In this document: in pieces, positions 1 to 9,133 of the stretch
Numbering within the stretch: the stretch's first letter is position 1
Layout of the letters: each line of letters opens with the position of its first letter
DNA from: Candidatus Harpocratesius repetitus
GTDB taxonomy: Archaea; Asgardarchaeota; Lokiarchaeia; Sigyniarchaeales; Promethearchaeaceae
Direction: 5' to 3'
DNA: 32,000 bases
Assembly: GCA_021498095.1 (NCBI GenBank)
Contig: JAIZWK010000001.1
Span: forward strand, 4,170,001-4,202,000
Notes under the pieces: model-generated
Seen by the model: only the letters and a program-made list of their open reading frames with translations
Database searches by the model: none
Told to the model about the DNA's origin: nothing
Translations under genes and position numbers: made by a program

Positions 1-57
1 CTGGGAAAATGATTTTAAAATGTTAATTCATGTAAAATGAAACACATCTTTTTTTAA

Positions 58-789
58 GTGCCTTTCTTTATTAAGGGTATGATCACTGAGGATCTTCGAC
101 CGACCGAAATTACCAATATTCAGCATTTAGTAGATCGAAATGGAGAGATTGTACGAGATCATTTGATTACGAAAATGAAAGAATCGTTGGAGATCGGTTC
201 TCGATTGATCGATGAAGAATTAAATGGGATGGCAGCAATTTTTCGCCCAATTATCAAATCTTTTTATTCTAATTTGGTTCAAAAGGATTTAGAGCATGGA
301 ACGATTAAAAGCATAAATGGCATGATTAGGATGTCCAAAAAATTAGTGATGGAAGGAATTGATCCAAACACACCTGAATTTGAGCGACGTCTGACTCAAA
401 AATTTCCAAGTTATTTGAAAAATGATCAAACAGGGCGACAATGTAAACCATACCATCCGAATTTTCCTCAGTTGAAGGCGATTTTGAAAAATACTTTTCG
501 AGCACAAATATGCGGTATATTACCTTTGCTAAAAGTTCAAATACACGATATTTCTTCATATAATGAGTTATGCCGAGCTGCATTTAAAACAGAAAAACAC
601 TGTAAAGATATTTTACGCTTACAAACTGATTCAATGAAAGAGGGTTTAAATGTTATTAAAAGAGATTTATCTATTTTGAACATTATGACAGGAAAAGAAC
701 TTATATTTCGAGTTTTACAAAAAGGATTCGAGAAGAAAATTAAGGATTTCAACAAAGAGATAGAAGAAATTTTTAATTGTGAAAACTAA
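58..789 (+). CDS. Hypothetical protein, 243 aa, largely helical and soluble (start may be ATG at 79)
   Basis: Long ORF; its TAA (787-789) overlaps the next ATG (TAATG), indicating translational coupling. No recognised motif. Confidence 0.8.
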   Translation: MPFFIKGMITEDLRPTEITNIQHLVDRNGEIVRDHLITKMKESLEIGSRLIDEELNGMAAIFRPIIKSFYSNLVQKDLEHGTIKSINGMIRMSKKLVMEGIDPNTPEFERRLTQKFPSYLKNDQTGRQCKPYHPNFPQLKAILKNTFRAQICGILPLLKVQIHDISSYNELCRAAFKTEKHCKDILRLQTDSMKEGLNVIKRDLSILNIMTGKELIFRVLQKGFEKKIKDFNKEIEEIFNCEN

Positions 790-1994
790 TGGCATCAGAA
801 CAAAAAGTAAGATACTACAATCCCTCAGAACCGCTAAAAAGAAATATTCTCGCCAAAATTCTTATTTTCTCCGTTGAATTTATGATTGTATGGCAAGGTT
901 ATTATGTTTTTTCTCTCATTGCAGGCAATTCAGTATCATTACATCAATTTAGCATAAATCCTTCTGATGTTTTTACAATTCCTATTTCTTTTTGGATTTC
1001 AGTTTTATTTTTAATGATAATATCCAAAATATTTAATCGTTATATTGTTTTACTCGCGGCAATATTTTGTGAAATATATATTGAATATTATATAGAAACT
1101 GAACAACTTCAACTAGTTATTATTGGATTCCTTATTATATTAATCGTAATTGAAAGTATTAAACCATATGAAGGAGGAGAATATTTAGGAGGTAAATTTA
1201 TTTGGAAACAGTTGGCATGGAAAGTATTTTATATTTGTGGGTATCTGCCAATTCTTTATTTTGGGTTTAATTTTCAGACTCCAATTAGTTTCTTTACTTT
1301 TGATGGATTTCAAATTCGATTTTACCTTAGTTTGATTTTTCTTTTTAACAATCTTATTTTGATAATTCCTGCATGGCTTATTTTTTGGCTTTTAGATCGT
1401 TCATTACATCCTTACTTTCCATTATCAAATTCTGATATGAAGATTCTGCAAGAAAAGGAGGAAAAAAAAATATGGGATTTATATAATTTATATCTTCCCC
1501 AACCAGGAGAAGTGTATCTTCAAATTCTATCTCATCATTCTATTGAGGAAGATGACCATACAATAGTTGTTGCATTAGGAAAAGTAAGAATTTATTTCTG
1601 CACAAGATGTACAGCTATGATTTTTGGTGTGATATTCACATTTTTTCTTTCTTTTATCATTTTTCATGATTTTAATATGAATTTAAATACAAGTCTTGCT
1701 TTTTGGCTGGGTACGATTCTTCCGATATTTCCTTTGTTAGATTGGGGTTTACAAGCACTTCAAATTAGAAAAGCTACAACACAATCAAGACTTTTCACAG
1801 GATTTATCTTAGGTGTTTCAATGCAGTTAATCCCTTTTGCATTGGGTGAAACTTTTTATTATATTTTTGTAGTAGTCGGATATTTTACTGTTTTCGGCGT
1901 TTTATTCTATTTTAGAACTCGCCTTGCTCAAAAAGAAGCAGATCAAGAAGCATTACAGGAAATTTTAGAGTTTAAAAGTAATTCAATATCATAA
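789..1994 (+). CDS. Polytopic membrane protein with C-terminal DUF2085-like domain
   Basis: Many hydrophobic segments; C-terminal FCTRCTAMIFG and LDWGLQ...TTQSRLFTGFILG match the DUF2085 pattern (CxRC..G; D...Q...R..TG...G). Confidence 0.7.
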   Translation: MASEQKVRYYNPSEPLKRNILAKILIFSVEFMIVWQGYYVFSLIAGNSVSLHQFSINPSDVFTIPISFWISVLFLMIISKIFNRYIVLLAAIFCEIYIEYYIETEQLQLVIIGFLIILIVIESIKPYEGGEYLGGKFIWKQLAWKVFYICGYLPILYFGFNFQTPISFFTFDGFQIRFYLSLIFLFNNLILIIPAWLIFWLLDRSLHPYFPLSNSDMKILQEKEEKKIWDLYNLYLPQPGEVYLQILSHHSIEEDDHTIVVALGKVRIYFCTRCTAMIFGVIFTFFLSFIIFHDFNMNLNTSLAFWLGTILPIFPLLDWGLQALQIRKATTQSRLFTGFILGVSMQLIPFALGETFYYIFVVVGYFTVFGVLFYFRTRLAQKEADQEALQEILEFKSNSIS

Positions 1995-2030
1995 AAATTA
2001 TTATTATTATTTTTTTTTTATTGTTTTTTG
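1995..2030. terminator. T-rich junction between convergent genes, probable oligo-T terminator
   Basis: Only 12 nt between the two stop codons; the T-run on + (ttattattattttttttttattgtttttt) overlaps the Lys-rich 3' end of the GTPase gene. Confidence 0.35.
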
Positions 2031-2699
2031 GTCAAGTTTTCGCTTTATTTTTTTAATTCGATGTGAAAACTTACCTTGAACTTGCTCTTTCTTTTTTAAT
2101 TTAGCGCCAAATCCAATTTCATCTTCATCTAACAACATCAATGCTTCACCTCGTTTTGCTAACATAGTAAAATATCTTAGCACTGCTTTTTCCATAAATT
2201 TCTCAATAGTTGCTTTACATGATGGATCAATAGCGCTTATTGCAATAATATCTTCCATCTGCAAAATTTCTTTAATTTCTTCAAGATTCAAGCGCCCAGG
2301 GAGATCTTGTTGATTAGCAATAATGAAAATAATTAATTTCCGTTTGATCTTTGGATACATACTAAAAGATTGCTTTACAGCCATAACATCTTCTTTAGTA
2401 CTATCTGTCACGATCATTAGTACATTTGTAGGCTCAAAAAGACGTTGTAAATGCCTTACTCGTAAATCTTTCCACCGCATATCTAATTTTGGGTCAGTTA
2501 AAAAAACCATTGAATGTTCCCATCTTCTCTGCAGAATCCAACATCGCGCATAGTAAATTCTATAATCATATGAAAGATTTCCACCATCCTTTAAAAGTCG
2601 ATCTCCTGCAAAAAGGTTAAAGATAGTGGTTTTGCCAACACCTACCTTTCCAAACAAATCAATGGTAACATATTTGGGTATAGAAAAATATTGAGGCAT
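2007..2699 (-). CDS. Small Ras-superfamily (Arf-like) GTPase with degenerate switch motifs
   Basis: G1 GKVGVGKT; G4 region IANQQDLPG resembles Arf ANKQDLP; G5 SAID; VLMIVTDST strand; basic C-terminal tail. Confidence 0.8.
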   Translation of the reverse strand: MPQYFSIPKYVTIDLFGKVGVGKTTIFNLFAGDRLLKDGGNLSYDYRIYYARCWILQRRWEHSMVFLTDPKLDMRWKDLRVRHLQRLFEPTNVLMIVTDSTKEDVMAVKQSFSMYPKIKRKLIIFIIANQQDLPGRLNLEEIKEILQMEDIIAISAIDPSCKATIEKFMEKAVLRYFTMLAKRGEALMLLDEDEIGFGAKLKKKEQVQGKFSHRIKKIKRKLDQKTIKKK

Positions 2700-2806
2700 A
2701 AATTATATTAGAAGAAGGAACACCATCTAAAAATTCCTTCCTTATTGGTGTTACTCTGTTGATAAATTAAATTAAATACTTCAGATTCCAAATTCAGTTA
2801 TTAATC

Positions 2807-3019
2807 ATGAATTCTCCCGCAAAATATATTGTAATTTTGTCGGATCCACAAGGTGGAACTGAGCAATTTCATTTTAGTTCCCGACAAAAAGCAGAAGAAC
2901 TTGCGCAACGGATTCGTTTTCAAAAATCGAAATGTAGCGTTTCTATCAAATATCCGTTCCGTAATATATTTGCAAGTGAGATTAAGCGCTTTAAGAAATC
3001 TTTCTATTCAAATTTATAG
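2807..3019 (+). CDS. Small hypothetical protein, 70 aa
   Basis: ATG start, divergent from the GTPase across a 107-nt AT-rich spacer, protein-like composition, fills the gap before the GNAT gene. Confidence 0.5.
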   Translation: MNSPAKYIVILSDPQGGTEQFHFSSRQKAEELAQRIRFQKSKCSVSIKYPFRNIFASEIKRFKKSFYSNL

Positions 3020-3072
3020 AAAAAATGCATATATTAGTTAAAGCTTTTATCTTTTAATAGATTGGGATCATA

Positions 3073-3585
3073 ATGAAGAATATTCATGTTATTCCCCTTT
3101 CTTTGGCAGATTTCACCGCCAATCTTGATTTTATGAATGCAGAGATACAACGTTCAATTTGGTTAGCACGAACAACTCCCATATCTCATGAAGAAATGAG
3201 AAATTTTTTTCAATTTATTCGTAATACTCCAGAAGCTATTTTTTTAGTAGCAAAATATCACAATCAAATTATTGGAAATATCTATGTTATCCCTAGAAAT
3301 GAAGAATTACTCCATCATATGGGCTTACTTTCTTATCAAGTTCATCCTAATTTTCAAAAAAAGGGTATCGGAACGCTTTTAATGAAAGAAATAATTGAAA
3401 AATCTAAAAATACTGATCTTGAAATATTAGTTGCCGAAGTACTTCAAAATAACATTCCTAGCATTGCTTTACTAAAGAAATTTTCCTTTCTGCAACAAGG
3501 TATTATTCCAGATGGTGTAAAAATTAATAAAAACACATATACTGATTTACTTATCTATATTCGTAGAATAATACCTAAAGTGTAG
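3073..3585 (+). CDS. GNAT-family N-acetyltransferase (RimJ/RimL-like)
   Basis: Acetyl-CoA motif VHPNFQKKGIGTLLM; later NNIPSIALLKKFSF motif. Confidence 0.9.
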   Translation: MKNIHVIPLSLADFTANLDFMNAEIQRSIWLARTTPISHEEMRNFFQFIRNTPEAIFLVAKYHNQIIGNIYVIPRNEELLHHMGLLSYQVHPNFQKKGIGTLLMKEIIEKSKNTDLEILVAEVLQNNIPSIALLKKFSFLQQGIIPDGVKINKNTYTDLLIYIRRIIPKV

Positions 3586-3688
3586 AACATTTATGATTTC
3601 ATTAAGAAACGGAGAAATCTTAAATTAAGTAAAAAGTATTCTTAAATTAAATAACCAACGAGTTAATGTTAAATTGCGTGATAATAAA

Positions 3689-4285
3689 ATGTCGACAGAA
3701 CAGAAATTTTGTCCTAATTGTGGGGCACAGATGAATGGAAATACAGTTTGTTCCCAATGTGGGTTTGATATTACAGCCGAATTAGATAAATCTCAAAAGA
3801 CCAGAACAATGAATGAACCAGGAACAATTCCTTATGAAAATACAAATGTTAATGTATGGAATACTATTGAAAAATACGTAGTATTTGTGGGTAAGTGGTC
3901 ATGGCTTGTGCTGATAGGGAATGTATTAACATATTTGATCATCGGAATTATCTCAATCGTGACTGGTGTTGCAGTGAATAGAACATTGGGAACAAATACC
4001 GGAGGTGCTACAATTGGAACAGGTATTTGGATGATAATCGGAGCAATTCTTACTGGAGTATTCTTGTATTTTATCGTTCTTCCATTTTCAAAGAAAATTG
4101 AAGCCAAAAATTACACATTCTTAGTGAATGATGTAATTATCTTAGGAAAACTTCGAATTCCAAGGATGCTTTTCTGGGGTATTGTAATCGAAATTTTCAG
4201 CCAAGGATGGGGAGGACTGTTCATTCTTGTTCCTGCACTTTGTATTTGCTTCTTAGGTCCTGCTTACATGCGATGGAGGGTTTAA
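3689..4285 (+). CDS. Zinc-ribbon-domain membrane protein
   Basis: N-terminal FCPNCG...CSQCG followed by about four transmembrane segments. ATG at 3689 is preferred over TTG at 3674. Confidence 0.8.
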   Translation: MSTEQKFCPNCGAQMNGNTVCSQCGFDITAELDKSQKTRTMNEPGTIPYENTNVNVWNTIEKYVVFVGKWSWLVLIGNVLTYLIIGIISIVTGVAVNRTLGTNTGGATIGTGIWMIIGAILTGVFLYFIVLPFSKKIEAKNYTFLVNDVIILGKLRIPRMLFWGIVIEIFSQGWGGLFILVPALCICFLGPAYMRWRV

Positions 4286-4299
4286 TTTTCTTTTTTTTT
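4286..4299 (+). terminator. Oligo-T terminator
   Basis: ttttcttttttttt directly after the stop codon. Confidence 0.55.
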
Positions 4300-4860
4300 G
4301 TTATACTTTTTCATTTGTAATTGAGGATATTTTATCTTTTTTAATTTAAACGCTTTTTTGAATATCATTCATATATATCCGACTTATATCTGAAATATCG
4401 CAATTCTTTTTTTGTCGAACTCGATTTTTTTAAAGAATTTGTTAAAAATTTACCATCCTGTTTATAAATTCTTCAATCTAATGTCTATTTTATTATAATT
4501 CTTGATTTACATATCTTGAATTTGACACCTTGGTAAAATCGACAAAAAATAAGAAAGGATATTTTAGAATTGAGTCGGGAAAGTTAAGATGATAAAATGA
4601 AAAACTTCGAATCTTTAAAATTTAAAATACCCTCAATTTATCCCTTATCATTTATCTGAAATTAAAAAATTAATCAGAAAATAATTTTCGATCTTTTGCC
4701 ATGCAAAAAAAGTCTTTCTCTTAATTAATTTTGTTTTTCTTGATGAATCTGAGAACGAGAACTTCCAGATTGGGCCAATTTTATATGTTTTAGCGGAAGG
4801 TATAAATATTGTTTCACATAGAATTAAAATTAATTCTTACCTAAAAAAAAAGGAATTACC

Positions 4861-5025
4861 ATGAGTTCGAATACTATTGAAGTTCCTAATACGATACGAA
4901 AGGAGCCCATAAATATTGTAATTGCACCTAAAGATCCAGATATGGTTTTTAAACTGCAGTTTATCTTGTTTGTGGCGCTAGAACGATTAATTTCGTACTT
5001 TTCGTTTATTTATTCTGTGATATGA
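4861..5025 (+). CDS. Possible 54-aa small protein (MSSNTIEVPNTIRKEP...LISYFSFIYSVI)
   Basis: Hand-translated ATG..TGA ORF below the track cutoff, preceded by AAGGA, with a hydrophobic C-terminus. Confidence 0.3.
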   Translation: MSSNTIEVPNTIRKEPINIVIAPKDPDMVFKLQFILFVALERLISYFSFIYSVI

Positions 5026-5034
5026 GGCAAGAAT

Positions 5035-5063
5035 AATTGTTAGAATTGTTGGAATTGTTGGAA
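5035..5063 (+). repeat. 9-bp tandem repeat AATTGTT(A/G)G x3
   Basis: aattgttag aattgttgg aattgttgg aa. Confidence 0.75.
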
Positions 5064-5472
5064 ACCTGAAAAAAAAACAATCGAGGGATTTTTTCTATTT
5101 TTTTTTTAATTATTTTAAAAAGAAAGAGATTTTATTTAAATATAAAGCAAAGAGTGATCTTCAAAAAGAATTGAAAAAATACAAAAAAAGGATGATTTTT
5201 GAAATAATTAATTTATAATTTGAGATTAATTTCGTAAATTCCGAATTTTAATGATAAATTGCATTTTAGAATGAAAAATCCATAGGAAATGAAATATTGA
5301 TATTTGTATTTTTTATAGTTTATTTTAAATATTGATAATATTTTTATGTGAATAACACAAAATGTGAATAATAAAAATGATCAATCATGAAAATTAAAGT
5401 CCAATATAATAAATCATGTAATTATGAAGATATTTATTTATTTTATCACCCAATTTTGAAGGATAACTATCT

Positions 5473-6306
5473 ATGAATAACAATCATTTATGCAATATTA
5501 AGAAATCACTCTATTTAGGACAAATCCATATTAATCATCGCTGTAATATCATCTCAGAAGCCCGTTGTAAAGACTATTGTTATCAAAATCTCTTTCAAAA
5601 TCAAGAGATGTCTTTTAATACATTTAAATCGATTCTACAGAAATATCGTCCTCGTCAAATTGCTCTAGGTGGCGGTGAACCGACATTGCATCCTGAATTT
5701 TTGGAATTCATCCAATATGCAAAAGATCAACCCTTCTTAAAACATGTTAATTACACAACTAATGGGGTGAAAATGCCCAAGAATTTCTCTCAAGTGGAAC
5801 AACTTGTTAGTGGTATATCATTATCATTGGATACCTTACGCTATCCAAACTTGTTAAGCCATGGAGTTCCACCAATAATACTAAATAATCTTAAATTATA
5901 TCAAGATTCTGCCATTCAAGTTATTGTTAATTTCGTAATCTCTGAAGATAATTATTTAGATCTTGAGTATTTATGCGATTTTTTGGAAAAATATGATTTA
6001 CAAATAATATATCTACTTTCTATTAAACGCAAAGCGCGTCCATTCGATCCTCCGAGATTGCATTTTATTAGAACACTTCATAACTTTTTGATTGAAGCAT
6101 TTGAAAGAGGTATCATTGTTGCCAGAGATTGCTGTTTAGCTTCTTATGAATCAAAATCAAATAAATGTAAAGCAGGGCAAGAATTTTTAGCATTTGATAC
6201 TGATGGAACACCCATGCCATGTTCATTTTCTCATATTCTTGAAAATTCACCTTGTCATTTTATCAATGATACACGAACAATCTCATTTACCCCACAATTA
6301 AAATAA
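5473..6306 (+). CDS. Radical SAM protein with non-canonical Cys motif and C-terminal SPASM/Twitch-like Cys cluster
   Basis: CNIISEARCKDYCY, ALGGGEPTLHP (GGE motif), YTTNG, ISLSLD; C-terminal DCC...CKAG...DTDGTPMPCSF. Confidence 0.85.
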   Translation: MNNNHLCNIKKSLYLGQIHINHRCNIISEARCKDYCYQNLFQNQEMSFNTFKSILQKYRPRQIALGGGEPTLHPEFLEFIQYAKDQPFLKHVNYTTNGVKMPKNFSQVEQLVSGISLSLDTLRYPNLLSHGVPPIILNNLKLYQDSAIQVIVNFVISEDNYLDLEYLCDFLEKYDLQIIYLLSIKRKARPFDPPRLHFIRTLHNFLIEAFERGIIVARDCCLASYESKSNKCKAGQEFLAFDTDGTPMPCSFSHILENSPCHFINDTRTISFTPQLK

Positions 6307-6322
6307 AAAAGATGGATAGAAG

Positions 6323-6943
6323 ATGGATGAGATTAATTTTGTGAAAAGTGATAATAAAGATGAAAACTTGAAAAGCGCAATTATTATTATTGATTTAATT
6401 CAAGATTTTTCTCCAATAGAACTAAATCCAAATGCACCGTTACCTGTTAATCAACTAACATTGAAAAAAAGAACTCAAATAAATCATTTTATTCAATGGT
6501 GTTCAGAAAATCAAATTGTTATTGTTTTCATTCGTGATTGCCATTTTCCAGAACAATTTCATAATTCGATTGAGATTCCACACGCTTTATTTGAGACACA
6601 AGGACGAGATTTCATGAAATGGCTTTTTCTTCCTGAAAAATATATTGAATTTGAAAAATATGGGTATAATGCACTTCAAAATGTTGAATTTCAAAAATTT
6701 TTGATGAAAAATCGATTTGATATTATTGGAGTATTTGGAACTTCTACCGGTGTTTGTGTTTATCAAACATGGAATTCTCTGCGAAAATTTACAAATTCAT
6801 GCGTTTATCTGCTGGCAGATGGGTGTACAGACATGTTTCCCAAAAGACATGAACAGACAATTTCAAAACTAAAACATTTTTGGCCAGAATGTATTATACT
6901 CTTTGAGGACTATAAAAAAATAAAAAAGCATAGTTTAAAATAA
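6323..6943 (+). CDS. Cysteine hydrolase (isochorismatase/nicotinamidase family)
   Basis: IIIDLIQDF (catalytic Asp), RDCH metal motif, EKYGYNA (catalytic Lys region), GTSTGVCV (catalytic Cys). Confidence 0.85.
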   Translation: MDEINFVKSDNKDENLKSAIIIIDLIQDFSPIELNPNAPLPVNQLTLKKRTQINHFIQWCSENQIVIVFIRDCHFPEQFHNSIEIPHALFETQGRDFMKWLFLPEKYIEFEKYGYNALQNVEFQKFLMKNRFDIIGVFGTSTGVCVYQTWNSLRKFTNSCVYLLADGCTDMFPKRHEQTISKLKHFWPECIILFEDYKKIKKHSLK

Positions 6944-6964
6944 ATATCCATCAATATAAGATTA

Positions 6965-8473
6965 ATGACGTTAAACACCAAACCATCAGTTATAATTGAA
7001 AAAGTAGAACTTCCAGATGAAAAACATCTTTATCCGCTTCATTTTTCGAAATCTGAGCGCGAAGCACTTTTATCCACTCTTCAAGATCATGTGGTTCAGA
7101 TATTTAAACCTTTTAGTGAGATTCGCCAAACGATTAATCAAAGACGTGAAATATTAATTAAAATTAACGGAATAGATGGAAACCCCTATTGTTATACGCG
7201 TCCTTTAGTTTTAGAAGCCACAATTCGATACTTACAAACATTTGGAAAGAAAAAAATATATGTGATTGAAAATTCGACCCAAGGCAATTTCACGCGGATT
7301 GTGTTTGCAACTGTTGGTTATGATAAAGTGTGTAAAAGAACAGGAGCGATCCCAATATATTTAGATGAACTTCCTACTTCTCGTCTTCCATTTAAACGTT
7401 CCAATAGTATCAAAGAAATAGAATATAATAAAAAAAAAGCAAATAAAACAGAAAGAATTAAAATAACAGAGAAAGCAGAAAAGACAGAGAATCAAACAAA
7501 GACATCAGACAAGTATGATCTTCAAACATTTCATTTACCGACTTTTTTAATCGAAAAATTAATAGAAAGGAGAGAAGAAGTAATTTACATAAATCTCCCA
7601 AAGTTAAAAACACACTCAATGTCTGGAGTAACCCTTGGGATTAAAAACCAGTGGGGATTACCCGTTCATCAAGATCGCAGTGCAGATCATAATTTTAGGT
7701 TACATGAAAAGTTAGTTGATGTTTTGGAATACATCCAACCTGATTTTACGCTGATTGAAGGTATTGAAGGCACAGTTCATGGACATTATCCTGCACAAGC
7801 ATTGGCAGATGAAATGATAATCCCATTTAGAATTCTAATTGGAGGAGATAATATTATTGCCGTCGATTTAGTTGGAGCAAGGGTCTTTGGATTAACCCCT
7901 GAAGAAATTCCACATTTAAAAATTGCAATCAATAGAAATTTAGGCTATGGCGTTAGAGATATAGATGATATCCAACTCATTGGTGATTTATCTCCTTATT
8001 CTACAAAATATGAGACCGATCTCATCCAAAAATTTCCACCCGATGTAAAATGGATTACAGGTAAAGAACTCTGGTGTAAAGAAGGATGCCGAAATAATCC
8101 ACTTTCTTTACTTCAGATTCTCTATCTAGATTATGGAGGAAAGGGGGGATTTACCTTTGTAGCAGGAAAGGGCTTAGATCTAAAGGAAATCGATAAAATT
8201 GAGGGAAAAGTATTCATTGCTGGACATTGTGCCCTTGAAGAAGTCAAAGATCGTCTTATTACCCGATTAGGAAAAAAGAATGTATACTGCAGTGGAGGGT
8301 GCAATAACTTAGCAGAAACTACTGCAGCATTATTGCACTTAATGCACGTAGATACAGTAAAATTAGTTCCAATCAATCCGATAAAAGCCATTTTTCTGTA
8401 TATCTTAGCAAAATTGCATGGATCAAATTCAAAAGTTCCCCCAATTTGGGCTCATTTAATAAAATCTGTTTAA
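6965..8473 (+). CDS. DUF362-family protein with Cys-containing C-terminal domain (putative Fe-S protein)
   Basis: LIKIN, PKLKTH..GVTLGIKNQWG, PDFTLIEGIEG, DLVGA.VFG; C-terminal CKEGC, AGHC, CSGGC. Confidence 0.8.
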   Translation: MTLNTKPSVIIEKVELPDEKHLYPLHFSKSEREALLSTLQDHVVQIFKPFSEIRQTINQRREILIKINGIDGNPYCYTRPLVLEATIRYLQTFGKKKIYVIENSTQGNFTRIVFATVGYDKVCKRTGAIPIYLDELPTSRLPFKRSNSIKEIEYNKKKANKTERIKITEKAEKTENQTKTSDKYDLQTFHLPTFLIEKLIERREEVIYINLPKLKTHSMSGVTLGIKNQWGLPVHQDRSADHNFRLHEKLVDVLEYIQPDFTLIEGIEGTVHGHYPAQALADEMIIPFRILIGGDNIIAVDLVGARVFGLTPEEIPHLKIAINRNLGYGVRDIDDIQLIGDLSPYSTKYETDLIQKFPPDVKWITGKELWCKEGCRNNPLSLLQILYLDYGGKGGFTFVAGKGLDLKEIDKIEGKVFIAGHCALEEVKDRLITRLGKKNVYCSGGCNNLAETTAALLHLMHVDTVKLVPINPIKAIFLYILAKLHGSNSKVPPIWAHLIKSV

Positions 8474-8490
8474 TTCTTTTTTTATTTTTT
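8474..8490 (+). terminator. Oligo-T terminator
   Basis: ttctttttttatttttt immediately after the stop codon. Confidence 0.55.
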
Positions 8491-8574
8491 AATAATTCAT
8501 GCTCACCATTTCCTAACAATTCAAAAAATCTTCTGGGTGTGTCCATTTGAGTATCTTTTCGTGCTAATGTCCAT

Positions 8575-8910
8575 ATGGGTCGTACAATTCCACCATTCAG
8601 ACCTGCTTTAGAACACGAAATCCAATCTTGGAAGGACTATCGACGGGGATTAAATCCAGAAGAAAGACCTCTAATGGATAAAATAATGCTTGAAGCCCGA
8701 AAACGCTCGGATGCAGGATCATTAGCCGCCCGTCCACTGATTTCTGAAGTATTATTTCTCTCGATTTTAATTGGACAACAAAAGGAGATTGAAAAATTAA
8801 AGGCACGCTTAGAAAAGATAGAAAATATTGATCAAAAATCGCAAATAGCAGGAAAAACGGGAAAAAGGAAAAATTTAAGCCATTATTTCCAAAAACTCAA
8901 TTTTTCGTAA
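8575..8910 (+). CDS. Small conserved archaeal helical protein of the MGRTxP family (usually found near PolB2 genes)
   Basis: MGRTIPPFR...EIQSWKDYRRGL..EER...D.....AR.....G....RP...E..FLSIL pattern. The family name and its genomic association are recalled, not searched. Confidence 0.6.
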   Translation: MGRTIPPFRPALEHEIQSWKDYRRGLNPEERPLMDKIMLEARKRSDAGSLAARPLISEVLFLSILIGQQKEIEKLKARLEKIENIDQKSQIAGKTGKRKNLSHYFQKLNFS

Positions 8911-8918
8911 TAATATGA

Positions 8919-9133
8919 CTATTATTATTAGGATTTATTGGTGGCCAAATGCTTAATGAAGGGATAAAAAATCATCATTTATTTTCTTTGGAACTTTTAT
9001 CTTCTCTTTTGGAGGATATTCATTTGGAAGCAAATTAGGGAATAGATTTCAAAGTAAAGCCGAAATATCAGGAGGTATTGTATTAATCATTTTGGGAATA
9101 AAGATTGTTGTTGAACATCTAGCTGCAATCTGA
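8919..9133 (+). pseudogene. mntP: Remnant of manganese efflux pump MntP (5'-truncated, internal deletion with frameshift)
   Basis: Frame A 8919-8975 reads LLLLGFIGGQMLNEGIKNH. Frame B 8981-9133 reads IFFGTFIFSFGGYSFGSKLGNRFQSKAEISGGIVLIILGIKIVVEHLAAI*. Both match MntP segments; there is no intact N-terminus. Confidence 0.7.
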
